NCBI RefSeq assembly: GCF_000143415.4
Contig: NW_003314270.1
Coordinates: 789,236 to 853,235, forward strand
From: Selaginella moellendorffii
Lineage: Eukaryota; Plantae; Lycopodiophyta
Length of the DNA stretch: 64,000 nt
Direction of reading: 5' to 3'
Each line of letters opens with the position of its first letter. Position 1 is the first letter of the stretch. Both the position numbers and the translations under genes were made by a program. Under the pieces are notes generated by a model. The model did not search any database, was not told the origin of the DNA, and saw only the letters and a list, made by a program, of their open reading frames with translations. Below are positions 40,368-52,000 of the stretch, piece after piece.

Positions 40368-43014
40368 ATGGAGGCAGAGAAAGAAGCTAGAGATCTTCAC
40401 GATGGCAAAGAGAATTCGCAGGCAGGAGGAGAAGATCAAGATCATCAAGTTGGAGAAGAACCCAAGCTCAAGGATGAAAGTTTGGACCAGGGAGGATCCG
40501 AGAAAGAAGAAGTTGGAGAGAAAGAAGAACAGTCTCCGATCGAGGAGGTTGCTCTCACAGTCGACACTAGCGATGATCCCAGCCTCCCGGTTTACACTTT
40601 TCGGATGTGGACGCTGGGAGTCGTGTCGTGCGTGCTGCTCGCGTTTTTCAACCAGTTCTTCGCGTACAGGACGGAGCCTCTGATCATCACTGCCATCTCC
40701 GCGCAGATTGTCACGCTCCCGCTCGGCAAACTCATGGCTGCAACGCTGCCGACGAGAAAGTTTTCGATCTTCGGCCGAGAGTTTTCGCTCAACCCGGGGG
40801 CTTTCAACAAAAAGGAGCATGTCCTCATCACCATCTTCGCAAACACCGGTGCCGGCAGTGCTTATGCCGTTGGAATCGTCACGATTGTCAAGGCGTTCTA
40901 CAAGCGAAGAATGGAATTTGGAGTGGGCTTGCTCATCACAATCACGACTCAGGTACTAGAGTCTTTTATGCTCTTGAACTTCATCTAGAAAACTTGTTCT
41001 TGTGATACAGATCATTGGCTATGGTTGGGCTGGGATCTTTCGCAAGTATTTGGTGGATCCAGCCGAGATGTGGTGGCCTTCCAACTTGGTGCAAGTCTCG
41101 ATCTTCAGGTACGCGGTTGCTAACTTCACACTAGAATAAAGTTTCTCTTTGTTCTATGATTGAAACAGGACTTTGCATGAAAAGGATGTCCGTCGAAAGG
41201 GTGGACTGACGCGACTACAGTTTTTTCTCATCGCGCTTACCTTCAGCTTTTGCTACTACACATTCCCGGACTACTGGTTTATTTCCTTGAGCTCCTTGTC
41301 GTGGGTATGCTACGCCTGGCCAAAGTCGGTCACAGCACAACAAATAGGCTCGGGGTTTTATGGACTTGGCCTGGGAAGCATTGCTTTCGACTGGGCCGCC
41401 GTAGCTTCTTACCTCGGCAGTCCACTCGCGAGTCCCTGGTTTGCTACTGCCAACGTGATGGTGGGATTTTCACTCTTCATGTACGTGGTCACGCCGCTCA
41501 CTTACTGGAGCAACCTCTACGGGGCCAAGAGATTTCCTATATTCTCTTCGGGGCTCTACGCAGACGATGGCTCGGAATACAACTTCACCAGGGTGATCAA
41601 GGATCACAGTCTGCAACTCGACTACGATGCTTACAACTCGTACAGCAAGCTCCACCTGAGCAACTTCTTTGTGTTTACTTATGGGGCCTCGTTTGCAGCG
41701 CTTACTGCGACTCTTGCTCACGTAGCCATTTTCCATGGCAAGTAAGTTTTTCAGTCTTGTTTTCTCTTTTTTTTTGGCTTTTGCATGCTGTTTTTCTTGC
41801 ATTTTCTGATAACTTTCGACCATTCCAGGGAGATTTATTCTATGACAACGAGTGCCTTGACATCTCGCAAGGTTGACGTGCACACTAGGCTGATGATGCG
41901 CTATAAAACCGTCCCACAGTTTTGGTTTCTAGGAATGATGTTCGCCTCTATGGCGCTCGCCATTTTTACTTGTGAGTACTTCAACTCCACAGTTCAGCTG
42001 CGATGGTGGGGGCTGTTATTTGCGTTTGGCATCGCCTTTATTTTCACCATGCCAATCGCCATAATCGCCGCGACCACAAACCAGGTATGAAGCCGTCTTT
42101 GGTTGCAAACTGTTCCTTGACAAGAAAATAGTTCTTTCCCTACGCTTCCAGGTACCCGGTCTAAACGTCATCACCGAGTATCTCATCGGCTATGTTTATC
42201 CAAACCGGCCAGTCGCCAACGTTCTCTTCAAAACTTACGGCTACATAAGCATGACTCAGGCCGTGAGCTTTCTATCCGACTTCAAACTCGGGCACTACAT
42301 GAAAATACCTCCAAGGTCCATGTTCACAGTCCAGGTAGAGTCACTCGAATCAAGTTTTCACTCGGCTCTACTTCTTTGTTCATCTTTGCACAGGTTCTCG
42401 GCACTGTCATCGCAGCCACCGTCAACTTAAGCACCGCCTGGTGGCTGCTAAGCTCCATCAAAGGCATCTGCCATCCCAGCGAGCTCCCGCGAAACAGCCC
42501 CTGGACGTGTCCCAACGACACCGTCTTCTTCGACGCCTCGGTTATCTGGGGATTGATCGGCCCCATGAGAATGTGGGGCTCTCTCGGCCAGTACAACCAG
42601 ATGAACTGGTTCTTCCTGGTCGGGGCTGTGGCACCCGTGTTCGTCTGGATCGCAATCAAGCTATTTCCCAAGCAGCGATGGCTGAGGCTCGTCAACATGC
42701 CGATTCTTTTGGGAGCCACCGGAGCCATACCACCGGCAACAGCAGTGAACTACTGGAGCTGGTTTCTCATGGGCTTTGTCTTCAACTATCTCATCTTCCG
42801 GTATAGGAAGGCGTGGTGGCAGCGGCACAACTATGTTCTATCGGCTGCCTTGGACGCTGGCGTCGCGTTTATGGCTATCTTGGTTTACTTTGCCACCAGG
42901 ATGGGAGACTACTCTGTGAACTGGTGGGGGGCTACCATTGATAATTGTCCACTGGCAGCGTGCCCGACTCAACCAGGAATCGTGCCCTTCCTGGAGAGTT
43001 GTCCAGTTCCTTAA
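40368..43014 (+). CDS. Oligopeptide transporter (OPT family), 6 exons
   Basis: [85 protein letters not shown]. Confidence 0.95.
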
Positions 43015-43394
43015 AGTTTTCCAAGAACTTGGAGAAGTTCTTGTGAAGTGGGACGCTTATTATTTGGTAGCTTTTTCTTTTGTATAGATGTGTTGTAACA
43101 GGAACTTTCACTAATATATTAGAAAAGAATTAGAAAGAAATTTCATCTCCTTGACAATCAACTTTTTAGATGCTTTCAACTGGTTCTTTGTCAATCAATG
43201 ATTTATTATGAATATTTCTATAGAAAAGCAATAGTAATTTGATTATAATAATTATATTACCGCTCTCTTCATACCATCTCTGATTAACTCTCAGTAAAGT
43301 TCTATTTAAAATCAATTAATTATATCTTGGCTTGCGATCTTGAGCATGCGAAGCAGGCACTCGACAAGATAGCTAAGATCGACAAGGTGAAGCT

Positions 43395-44653
43395 ATGCAC
43401 GTCAGGCGCGATCACGGATCTCCATATCCAGGCGTTGGGAAGCCACCGGTTAGACCCGGCGGCGAGATCGCGTTTGTAGGCCGTGAGGAGCTACTGCGAG
43501 CGGCTGAGACTCCACGCCGACCAGCGCTCGTTGTTGGCAAGAGCTGCTTGTTGAGGGCGCTGGCTTGCTGCATGATTAGTTGTTTGCTTCTGGGACATGG
43601 AGAGCGCTCTCATGGGTTATCGAGACGACGGCTTGGTGGGCTATGTGATGAACGCGCTGCGGTTTTGCTACTGCAGGGATGTCAAGCGGCTGGATCGCAT
43701 TGCAGCGCTCGCGTCTGTGAAAGACGTTCATGGGTCAGGAGAGCTGCTGGCGAGAGCTTCTTGTTCATCATTGATCAGGCGGAATTGTTCGATATCTTTA
43801 GCAGCAGCGTGGGAGAGGGAGAATGTTGGAGAGAAAAGCGAAAGAGGTTTCGTGAGGAAGTGGATTATATTGCCTCCACTGCTGAGCTCGTTGTCTATGG
43901 AGTTACCGCGATGACATGCGGTGCACTGATATGCATGTCGTGGTGTTGCAGGACGGATTCACTGAGGTACGAGAGATTTCTTTGAGATCCTTTGTCGTTG
44001 GAACTTTGCGGTGTGAATTCTCAAGAGGTTTCATGGGCAAGCTTCCCGTGCTTGGGCTGCTGTGCTCGAGATTTCCAGAGCGCGCCAAGCTTGTGGAGCA
44101 CTATGCAGGGATGCCCTCTTTCTCGCTGGATTTGCTCGACAAAAGCTGCAGGCTCCATGCCTACACCAAACTGGTGTGGAGGCATCGGTTGACGAAGCTG
44201 TGGCTTTACTCGAAGACGATGACGAGTGGGCAGCTCTTAAAACCTTTGAGGACTCTGCAGAGATGAACAGCATCAGAATGTCTCTACGGCACATCCTCGA
44301 GGTTAGCAAGCTTAAGCGGATTGACGACATGGCCTCCTTCGATAGGCGCTGCATAGCTGGAGATGATAAAGTTGGATACCAGTTCGTCAGTAGCTACGTT
44401 AGCAATATCTATGCGGAGGAATTCCGTGATCAAGCGGAATTCTTTGGGGTTGTGTGAGCTTCCTCGGAGTGTTTAAACTGTTTTCTTCCAGGCGAGTTTG
44501 CCCGTAGTGGACGCTGTAGTGGACGCTGCTCTCTCGAGATCGGGAGTTAACGAGGACGCCCTCGTCGATCAAAACGAGTATGTGGAGCTCTTCAAAGAAC
44601 TGTGGCTCACGTACGAAAGAAATTCGACGGCCAAAGTGTCAAAGCCTTCCTGA
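43395..44653 (+). pseudogene. Possible lineage-specific gene or pseudogene with a C-terminal EF-hand-like segment
   Basis: Overlapping GC-rich ORFs in shifting frames. The spliced 3' end reads VVDAALSRSGVNEDALVDQNEYVELFKELW, which resembles an EF-hand loop-helix. Confidence 0.3.
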
Positions 44654-46569
44654 GCGACAAGAACAAGAAGGTAAAAGCACAAAATTCTCTCCATGTTACC
44701 TCTGATAGGTTCGCGCTTCACGCAACAGGTGATCTCCGAGGCCTGGAAAACGCTCAATAAAAAAGGATGACTTCATCCTTGGCTTGGACTTCGTCTCACC
44801 TCGAGCTGGTTTGCCACCGCTTGGAGCAATCGAAGAGGTATGTGAATATACTTCTCGTGGGGGAAAAGAGTTCCAACTCTGGAACAACTAAAAAACTTCT
44901 TCTCTGTAGATGGATTCCGAGATCATTGGAGCACTCAAAATGATGAACAATGGTGGAGCGGCCTCGCATAAAAACCACCATGAAAGTTTTATAGACAGGG
45001 AAATTTTCGAGCAGTACCTGAGGCAAGTTCTCGGGAGTATAATGTTGCAACTGGAAGGGAAACCCCATCGTCAGTGAGGCCCAGGCAGAAACCCCGCCGC
45101 CATTTTCTAGATCTTGACTTGTACATTACACTACTTAAGAATACATTACACTAAAGAATAGCACTTCCATCACCCGAGTAGTTTACCTGGGTAGTTTATC
45201 GAGATAACATATTGTGAGTTTAGTGTTGAAGATTTCAAAGCATTGCCACGGTGGGGCTTGGTAATCCTCCAAGTGTCAATCAGGAACTACTTTATAAATC
45301 CATATAAACGAAAATGAGGAAGAAGCAATTGTGCAATACAGTCTCACCTGAGATTCAGCTTGAAGTATTACAATGACAAGGAGTCGAGGTCATCAACAGT
45401 TTCATGACTATAATAAATCTCAGGGAAATTCAAATTAGCCTCTCTCCCAACTCTCGCCAGCTGAACCTCAATCATAGAGTATTGTGAGCTTTTTCTATCA
45501 ACCAAATGAATAACAAAAATCTTGATCATCAGATTGCTGAGGTATCTATCCTTCTCTCCCGGATTTCCAGATCAATCACCCGCACGGCGGCAAAATCCCC
45601 TGCATTTCCAATGTCCCGCAGTGATCGACTTGGTCAAGAACTCTAGGCAAGTTATGACCGTCATTATTTTGTTCTCCTCTGGCTCGATCTTCTAGTTCAT
45701 GCTAGTGGCGACTCCAAGCATCTGGCTGAGATGGATGCCGGGATAGATATCTCGCCAATCTACTGATCTAGGCATATGGAAAATGCAAGTGGCGTGTGGA
45801 GGTTCAAGCTTAATACGTTCTGCATGCTTTGATGCAAGCGCAGCCTCTGGCGGACTAATGATATTACAAGCTGGAATTGACTTGGACTATTGACTTTTGA
45901 AGTGAATTAAGCTTTTATTTTGAAAGTGCTTGGGGATGTAATAAAAGACTGGGTATAATCTTTCAATATGTGGGGTGATAGATATTCTCTTACCCTTGGA
46001 TTCTTGAAAACGGTCATTCTCTTAAAAATAATTAGGGAGTTAGATTTTAACCTAATTTAAAATTTTAATGCTATTCTTCTCACACCAATATTAGTTAATA
46101 ATAGCATTAGCCATAACCGGTTCACACTCCCGCTATACCTTACACCATGCCATTTAGAGGTAACCATCTATGCCCCAAAACATCCAGTGCTAGCTTGAAA
46201 CTTCCTAACAAAGATCTTTCATTGCGGCCATGTGATGCTGCTACTGGCAATCCTATGCCACAATGCTACTGCACAATCTAAGCATTTGTGGCCAATCAAA
46301 ATATCCAGTGCTAGCTCGAAATTTCCCTCTTACTCTAATAGTATCATAGGAATCTGTTTAAGAAAACTGTTGGATTATTCTTGGTGGAGACATTCTTCTT
46401 GGCAGTTTTTCTTGCCTCCATTTTTCTTTTTGGTGGATCTCTTATTGGTGATGATAGTAGCAATACTTGCAATTCATGATTTACTGCTATAGCTTTTCAT
46501 GAGATCTTACACATGTAACACCAAAAAAAAAAAAAAAAGTTACTATTTCTCTTCAAGTTTAAGCTCTTG

Positions 46570-47760
46570 ACAAATAGTTAAGAAGCTTTTCTCGTAACTC
46601 CTCTCCATTTGCTTCATTTTAGTGGCCACCTCCAGCATGGTCTCTATTATTGTGAGTTTAACTCTTCAATTTCTTCATCAACATTTGCATCTCCACTATT
46701 GATGAAGTAGTTATGTAGCAAGCAATATACATAAATAACATCTATAGCATCTCTTGGTTGCATTTTGATTTTGCTACTTAGGATTTGAAACTTTCCTGAA
46801 AATAAAATCTTGAAGAAACAATTACAAACCTTTTAGAAGACCAAAAGCACACTCAACAATTTGCCAAGCCTTGGAGAGTTCATTATTGAAAAATCGCTTC
46901 AAGATACTTAAATTTACCAAGTGTTGGAATAAAGTCATAATCGTGATATTGCAAGGACACCCTTTATCACCAAGTAGATATGGCTTCAAATTAACATCTG
47001 GGATCTTTAGAAGCTCCATCACTAGTTATTGCAAGACTTCTCCAAGTAGTATTTGTTGTTGAAAGCCATTGTTTTTCCACATATGTCCATCATGAACTAT
47101 TCCAAGCCAGCCACAACAAATATCCAAGAACTTCTTCTTACTATCCATAATGGCTTGTAACATGATGCTATAGCAATGGTGACCCATGGTCTTTCTATTT
47201 TTATCTGCGATCTATCTATGCACCTTGCAACATTTGATAGTCTTGTAATCCCTTGGAATCCATTTATAACCTTTTCTAGATCTAAGGATGATGTCGAAAA
47301 CTTGATCACACCTGTAAAGACTTTGAGAATCACTGCACATGTCTCCTTGATAACTTCAAATGTTGTACTCTTCCCAATCCCAAATTGGTATAACCATGTG
47401 GTAGTGTGTGTTTTGCTTCATGATTAAGTCATGCAAACAATTAGCCAAATTGTTGAAAGTTTGCTTTTTCATTCCAAAGTTCTCTTTCCACTGCTTGTCA
47501 TTATAATATCTATTCACGAACTTATCAAACCACATTGTTGATCATAGTTTCACCCACCAAATCTGTTCTAGTTGTGGTTATTGAGAGCTTGATGTAGTAG
47601 CCATGACATGAGAGTGAAAAGACCACAGTGGTATTAATTGTTTCTGTTCCTATTTATCCATTTCTGTTAAGCTATCTACAACTTATCTTCTCTTCTTGCT
47701 ACCTTGTTCAGAACTCTTGATCCCTTTTTTATATTGATATCAAATGGTGTATAACCAAGA
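46570..47760 (-). pseudogene. PIF/Harbinger DDE transposase (HARBI1-like), decayed
   Basis: Fragments VARCIDRSQIKI (GCIDGTHI motif), YLLGDKGCP and FNNELSKAWQIVECAFGLLKG; many stops and frameshifts. Confidence 0.85.
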
Positions 47761-47929
47761 CCAACAACACAAGGTGGAGGATTTCCTAAAAATATAATAG
47801 CATTTTGAGAAAGAAAAGAACATAAACTATCTATATTAACTATCTTTATTTAGGTTTTTATTTTTTGCTCCCCAATGCCAAAAAAGAATTGCTAGAAAGG
47901 AAAATACCAATTGAATCTAACATGAATAT

Positions 47930-48635
47930 ATCTATCCTACCTTGCTAGATCATAGATGCTATTGCAACTAAAGCTGTGATTATGCCAAGGTTTATCTCTT
48001 ACTCCATGGCTAATCAATCTTGCTTGAGGTGGATGGACTCTTTCTCAAGCTCTATTTGCTCTTGATGCATCTTCAATCTCATCTCTTTGGCAGCGGTGAA
48101 CATCTTGAGTGATGCCTCATTCCCTTCCTTGAGGGCATCAGCTAATGTGAGGAGATCGCTCCTTCTTGCCTTCTTCTTTGCTTGGCCAGTCAATTCAACT
48201 TTTTTGTCACCTAAGTTTTCCTGCTGCAACAATGGACTGTGGACTTCTTCTGCTATGCCTCTTTCTTCATTTTCAATATTGGTGCCAAAGTTGCTGCTAC
48301 AAGAACCACTGCCAGAACCATTGGATCTTGTAGGAGGATGATTGCTACTGTCATGAAGCTTCACTAAAGTGATATTTGGCTTTGCAGAGAGGAACTCATT
48401 GATCTCATCAAAAACTTTTTTCTCAATAATCCCAAGCTTCACAACACTTCACTCCTTGGTCGTCAGTGCAAAGTAACTGCTATAGCTAGTGGAATGATCA
48501 TAGAGCTTGATGGCTTTGTAAATAGTTATCAAGTTCATCCATTTTGTCCTACACTTCTCAAGATCCCTGCCATAGCCTTCAACTTGAAGTCATTTTGAGA
48601 TCTTCTCCCACTTTCCTTTCGAACAAACCATATAC
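47930..48635 (-). pseudogene. Harbinger ORF1 Myb/SANT (trihelix) protein, C-terminal part
   Basis: KWEKISK*LQVEGYGRDLEKCRTKWMNLITIYKAIK followed by a coiled tail. Cut at 48635 by the nested element. Confidence 0.8.
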
Positions 48636-49077
48636 AAGCTCTATTTCGTTAAAGTGGGAATTGTCATTATCCCACTTGTAAAATAAGGTTTCCAAACCTT
48701 TATATAGTATATAAATATAACAAAATTCAACTGCATTGAGGCACATGCCATTTTATTTTAAACAAGGAAATGTCTACTCAATCACTTCTCCTCCCCCTGC
48801 CACTACTTCACCTCTCTCTTCTCCTTGTCATCGTCGTCCAATTTCTTTCCATCCTTTTAATATTGGCTCAGTTGCTCCAAGTTTAGGTGGAGCCCAAGTC
48901 CCTATTCAATCTTTACTTTCCCCTTATTAATAAAACAACTTCGTAGACTTCCAATAACATGCTGTAACACTTCTAGTATAATGCAAATCCTCTCAAAGAA
49001 TTGTCTTTTAATATTAATACAATGGCATGGAACCCCATGCCATAATAAGTTACATTTTTAAATAAATACATGCCATC

Positions 49078-52000
49078 TCAGACTGTTATTTTTTGCCTCC
49101 AACGCCTATACAATAATCTTGGAATTTCATCACTCTCCACACTATCAGGATTTAAACCCAATAGTAATGCCATCTCTTCTCTAATACGTCCACGCTCATG
49201 TTCAGTGGTCGAAGAACCCATCCGGTTGAGCAGATTATGGAGATGCGGATAGTGCTTGGCTAGACAATATACATGCCATAAATGATGACTGGTGTCTGTC
49301 CGATCAAATGGCTTCTGATATACCGTTCCATCTGCCATTTGGTTGATTTCTGCAGCCACCTCCTGGACTGGCCGGTTCTCTATCACCATCGCTCCAAGCC
49401 GTTTTGCAAGGTTCCCCAGAACATACGGTTTCTTCTCCCTAGTTTCCATACTGCAAGAGATGGGGTGCACTGCATATGTGTGCGTGGTCGCTGCAGTTTT
49501 AATCGGCGAGTCATCGATGATGAGGATTTCACTTGAGCTAGCAGTCCGGTTCATCACTACAGCCTCTGGCTTGACGAAGATGGGCTTGCTACCCCTCACA
49601 TGGACCATAGTCAAGCAATCCTCCTGCATTAGGAGAAAGTCAAATGGTAATATTACTCGCGTCTGATCGTGCATCATCTGTAGCAACGTTAATGCATTGT
49701 GGCGCATCATGGATGTCCAAACTCCCAATTGCAAATTGAACCCGGCCCTCTGTTTTAAGTGTCGCATGGTCATTATTAGATCCCGCAGTTTCTCCCGTGT
49801 GATTAATGTGAATCTGTCTCTTTTGACCAACTTGCGACCGTAGGCTTTGGAGGGTGCAATGACATTCGAGGACGAGCCACGCTCATGGGAGAAAAGGACA
49901 CCGTTCAGATCAAAAACGATACAGTACCTTCGCCGTGACTCTGAAATGAAATGCGTCAGCATAAAAAATGGTACAAGTCAATTTTACCATCTACAATATT
50001 AGCGAATGTTGCTCCCGATGGTCGTTGAGAGGGTTTTGGTCGAGGAAACGTGAAGGGCGGAAATACTCTCCTCTGCAATGTGGGGTCAATCGCATCCGAT
50101 GGCGTGTGGGCACATGCCATTTCAGCTGTAGACTCTGGTACAACTGGCTCAACAGTGGCATGGGGTGGTTTCGATGGCGTGTGATCACACGCCATTTCAG
50201 CTGGTGCCTCCGTTGGCAAAGTGGACATGACCGAACAGGCAGCAGGGGCGGTGTAGGGAGGTTCCAACGGCGCGTAGTCAGACGATTGGGCACACGTTGA
50301 GTCCGTTGGAAATGAGGATACGACCGGCTCGGCGGCTGGGGCGGCCTCATGTGGGTCCAATGGCGCCTGGTCACCGTCAGTTGGATACGTAGACAAGATT
50401 GACTCAGTGGTATGGGCAGCATCAAGTGGAGCGTGGTCAGCTTGCTTGGCGTTGATATGGATAGTAGCCTCCACCAGCTCTGATGACTCTTGCAGCCAAG
50501 TAGAGTCCACTGGCGGATCCATATGCATGTCCAAATATCTCCCTTCGATTGAGATGGTATCCTCCCGTGCTACTAAAAACAAACTCATTAGCACATTGAA
50601 TCAACTATACTGTATTTACCATCAACTGCTATTGAGGAACTAGGACCGATATCACTTGGGCGCACTGCTGATTCTGAAGGATTGGACATACGTTTCGACC
50701 CTTGCTTGGCACTATCCTTCCTCGACACTAAAGGCTAGAGTTTGTAAATTCAATTGAATAATCTCTACTTACCATTTGCTCTGCGACCTACATGGACAAT
50801 GTTAGAAATGGTAAAAGGTTAGGAATGGATGTACTATTATTTACCTGATGGTTTGTCTTGTATGACCTTCCTCCGCTGCTCTTTGGCCACCTCAGGCTGG
50901 CCATCATCGTCATCATCGTCGTCGTCGTTATTGTGATCGTCACCATTGTGAGGACCATCCAAGTCCTCTTCGTCCTCCTCTTCTTCGTCCTCCTCTTCTT
51001 CGTCCTCCTCTTCTTCGTCCTCCTCTTCTTTGTCCTCCTCTTCGTCCTTCTGCTCTTCCTGCTCATTATCTTTCTCTGGCTCCTCATCCCCCTCCTGCAT
51101 TTCTTCCATAGGCTGCTCAGGCTGGATGGCTTGTTCTTCCAGGACCATCTTGGGAAAATCATCTGGCCGAGTCTCCATCTCAAAATACAAGACATCCATA
51201 GCCTGTTTTAGTGCGTGACCTAGGACCGTATCCTCACCCGACTGTCTTAACATGGTTTCTGCACGTTCTTGCACCCTTCGAAGACGACGAGATGAGAAAA
51301 ACGTGGCCCTGACTTGAAAAGCTTCCCTCATCCATTGTACCTCTCCATTGAGATTGGGGAAGGGGAGTCCGCCATAGGAATCTGAGTCATGAGGTGGTGA
51401 CTGCCTGCTTTCACTCAGCCCTTGATCTGCAATGAATGGCATGAGCACACACGCCATAACCGCGAGGCATTACCTATCATCTTTTCGTTGCCCTTCTTCC
51501 TTTTCGAATCAAACGCCTCTGATCTCGACGACTGTCTAACGTGCTTTCGCTTTTTATGACCACTGTCAGTTTGAGCTTGGCTGGTGCTTGCCTGTTTTGC
51601 CTTTGAAGAAGTTTCTCCTGCAAGGAATGGCATGAGACCACACGCCATTGCAAATATAATTTGTACCTCCTTTTTTCCTATTGCTTGTCTGTTTGTCCTT
51701 CTTCGATGCGCCACCAGTGCGTTTTTCAGTCCTCGTGTCTGAATATTCACAACGATCTATAATCAAAATGGCGTGAGGCCTCACGTGACCTTACCTTGTG
51801 CAGGTTGTGAGCTCGGTCCAACATGGGTATCTTCAACAGTAGCTGTTAACGCCGTTTCAGCATCTGGGGGTGGCCACGCTCCTGCATACAGAGCTTGTGA
51901 GATAACATTTAAACTTAAAGTGTGTACTCACCAGGTTCGCAGAGAAGATACTGTTTTTCTTTGGCAACTGTAATTATATGCTCCATTGAAGTCACCTCTT

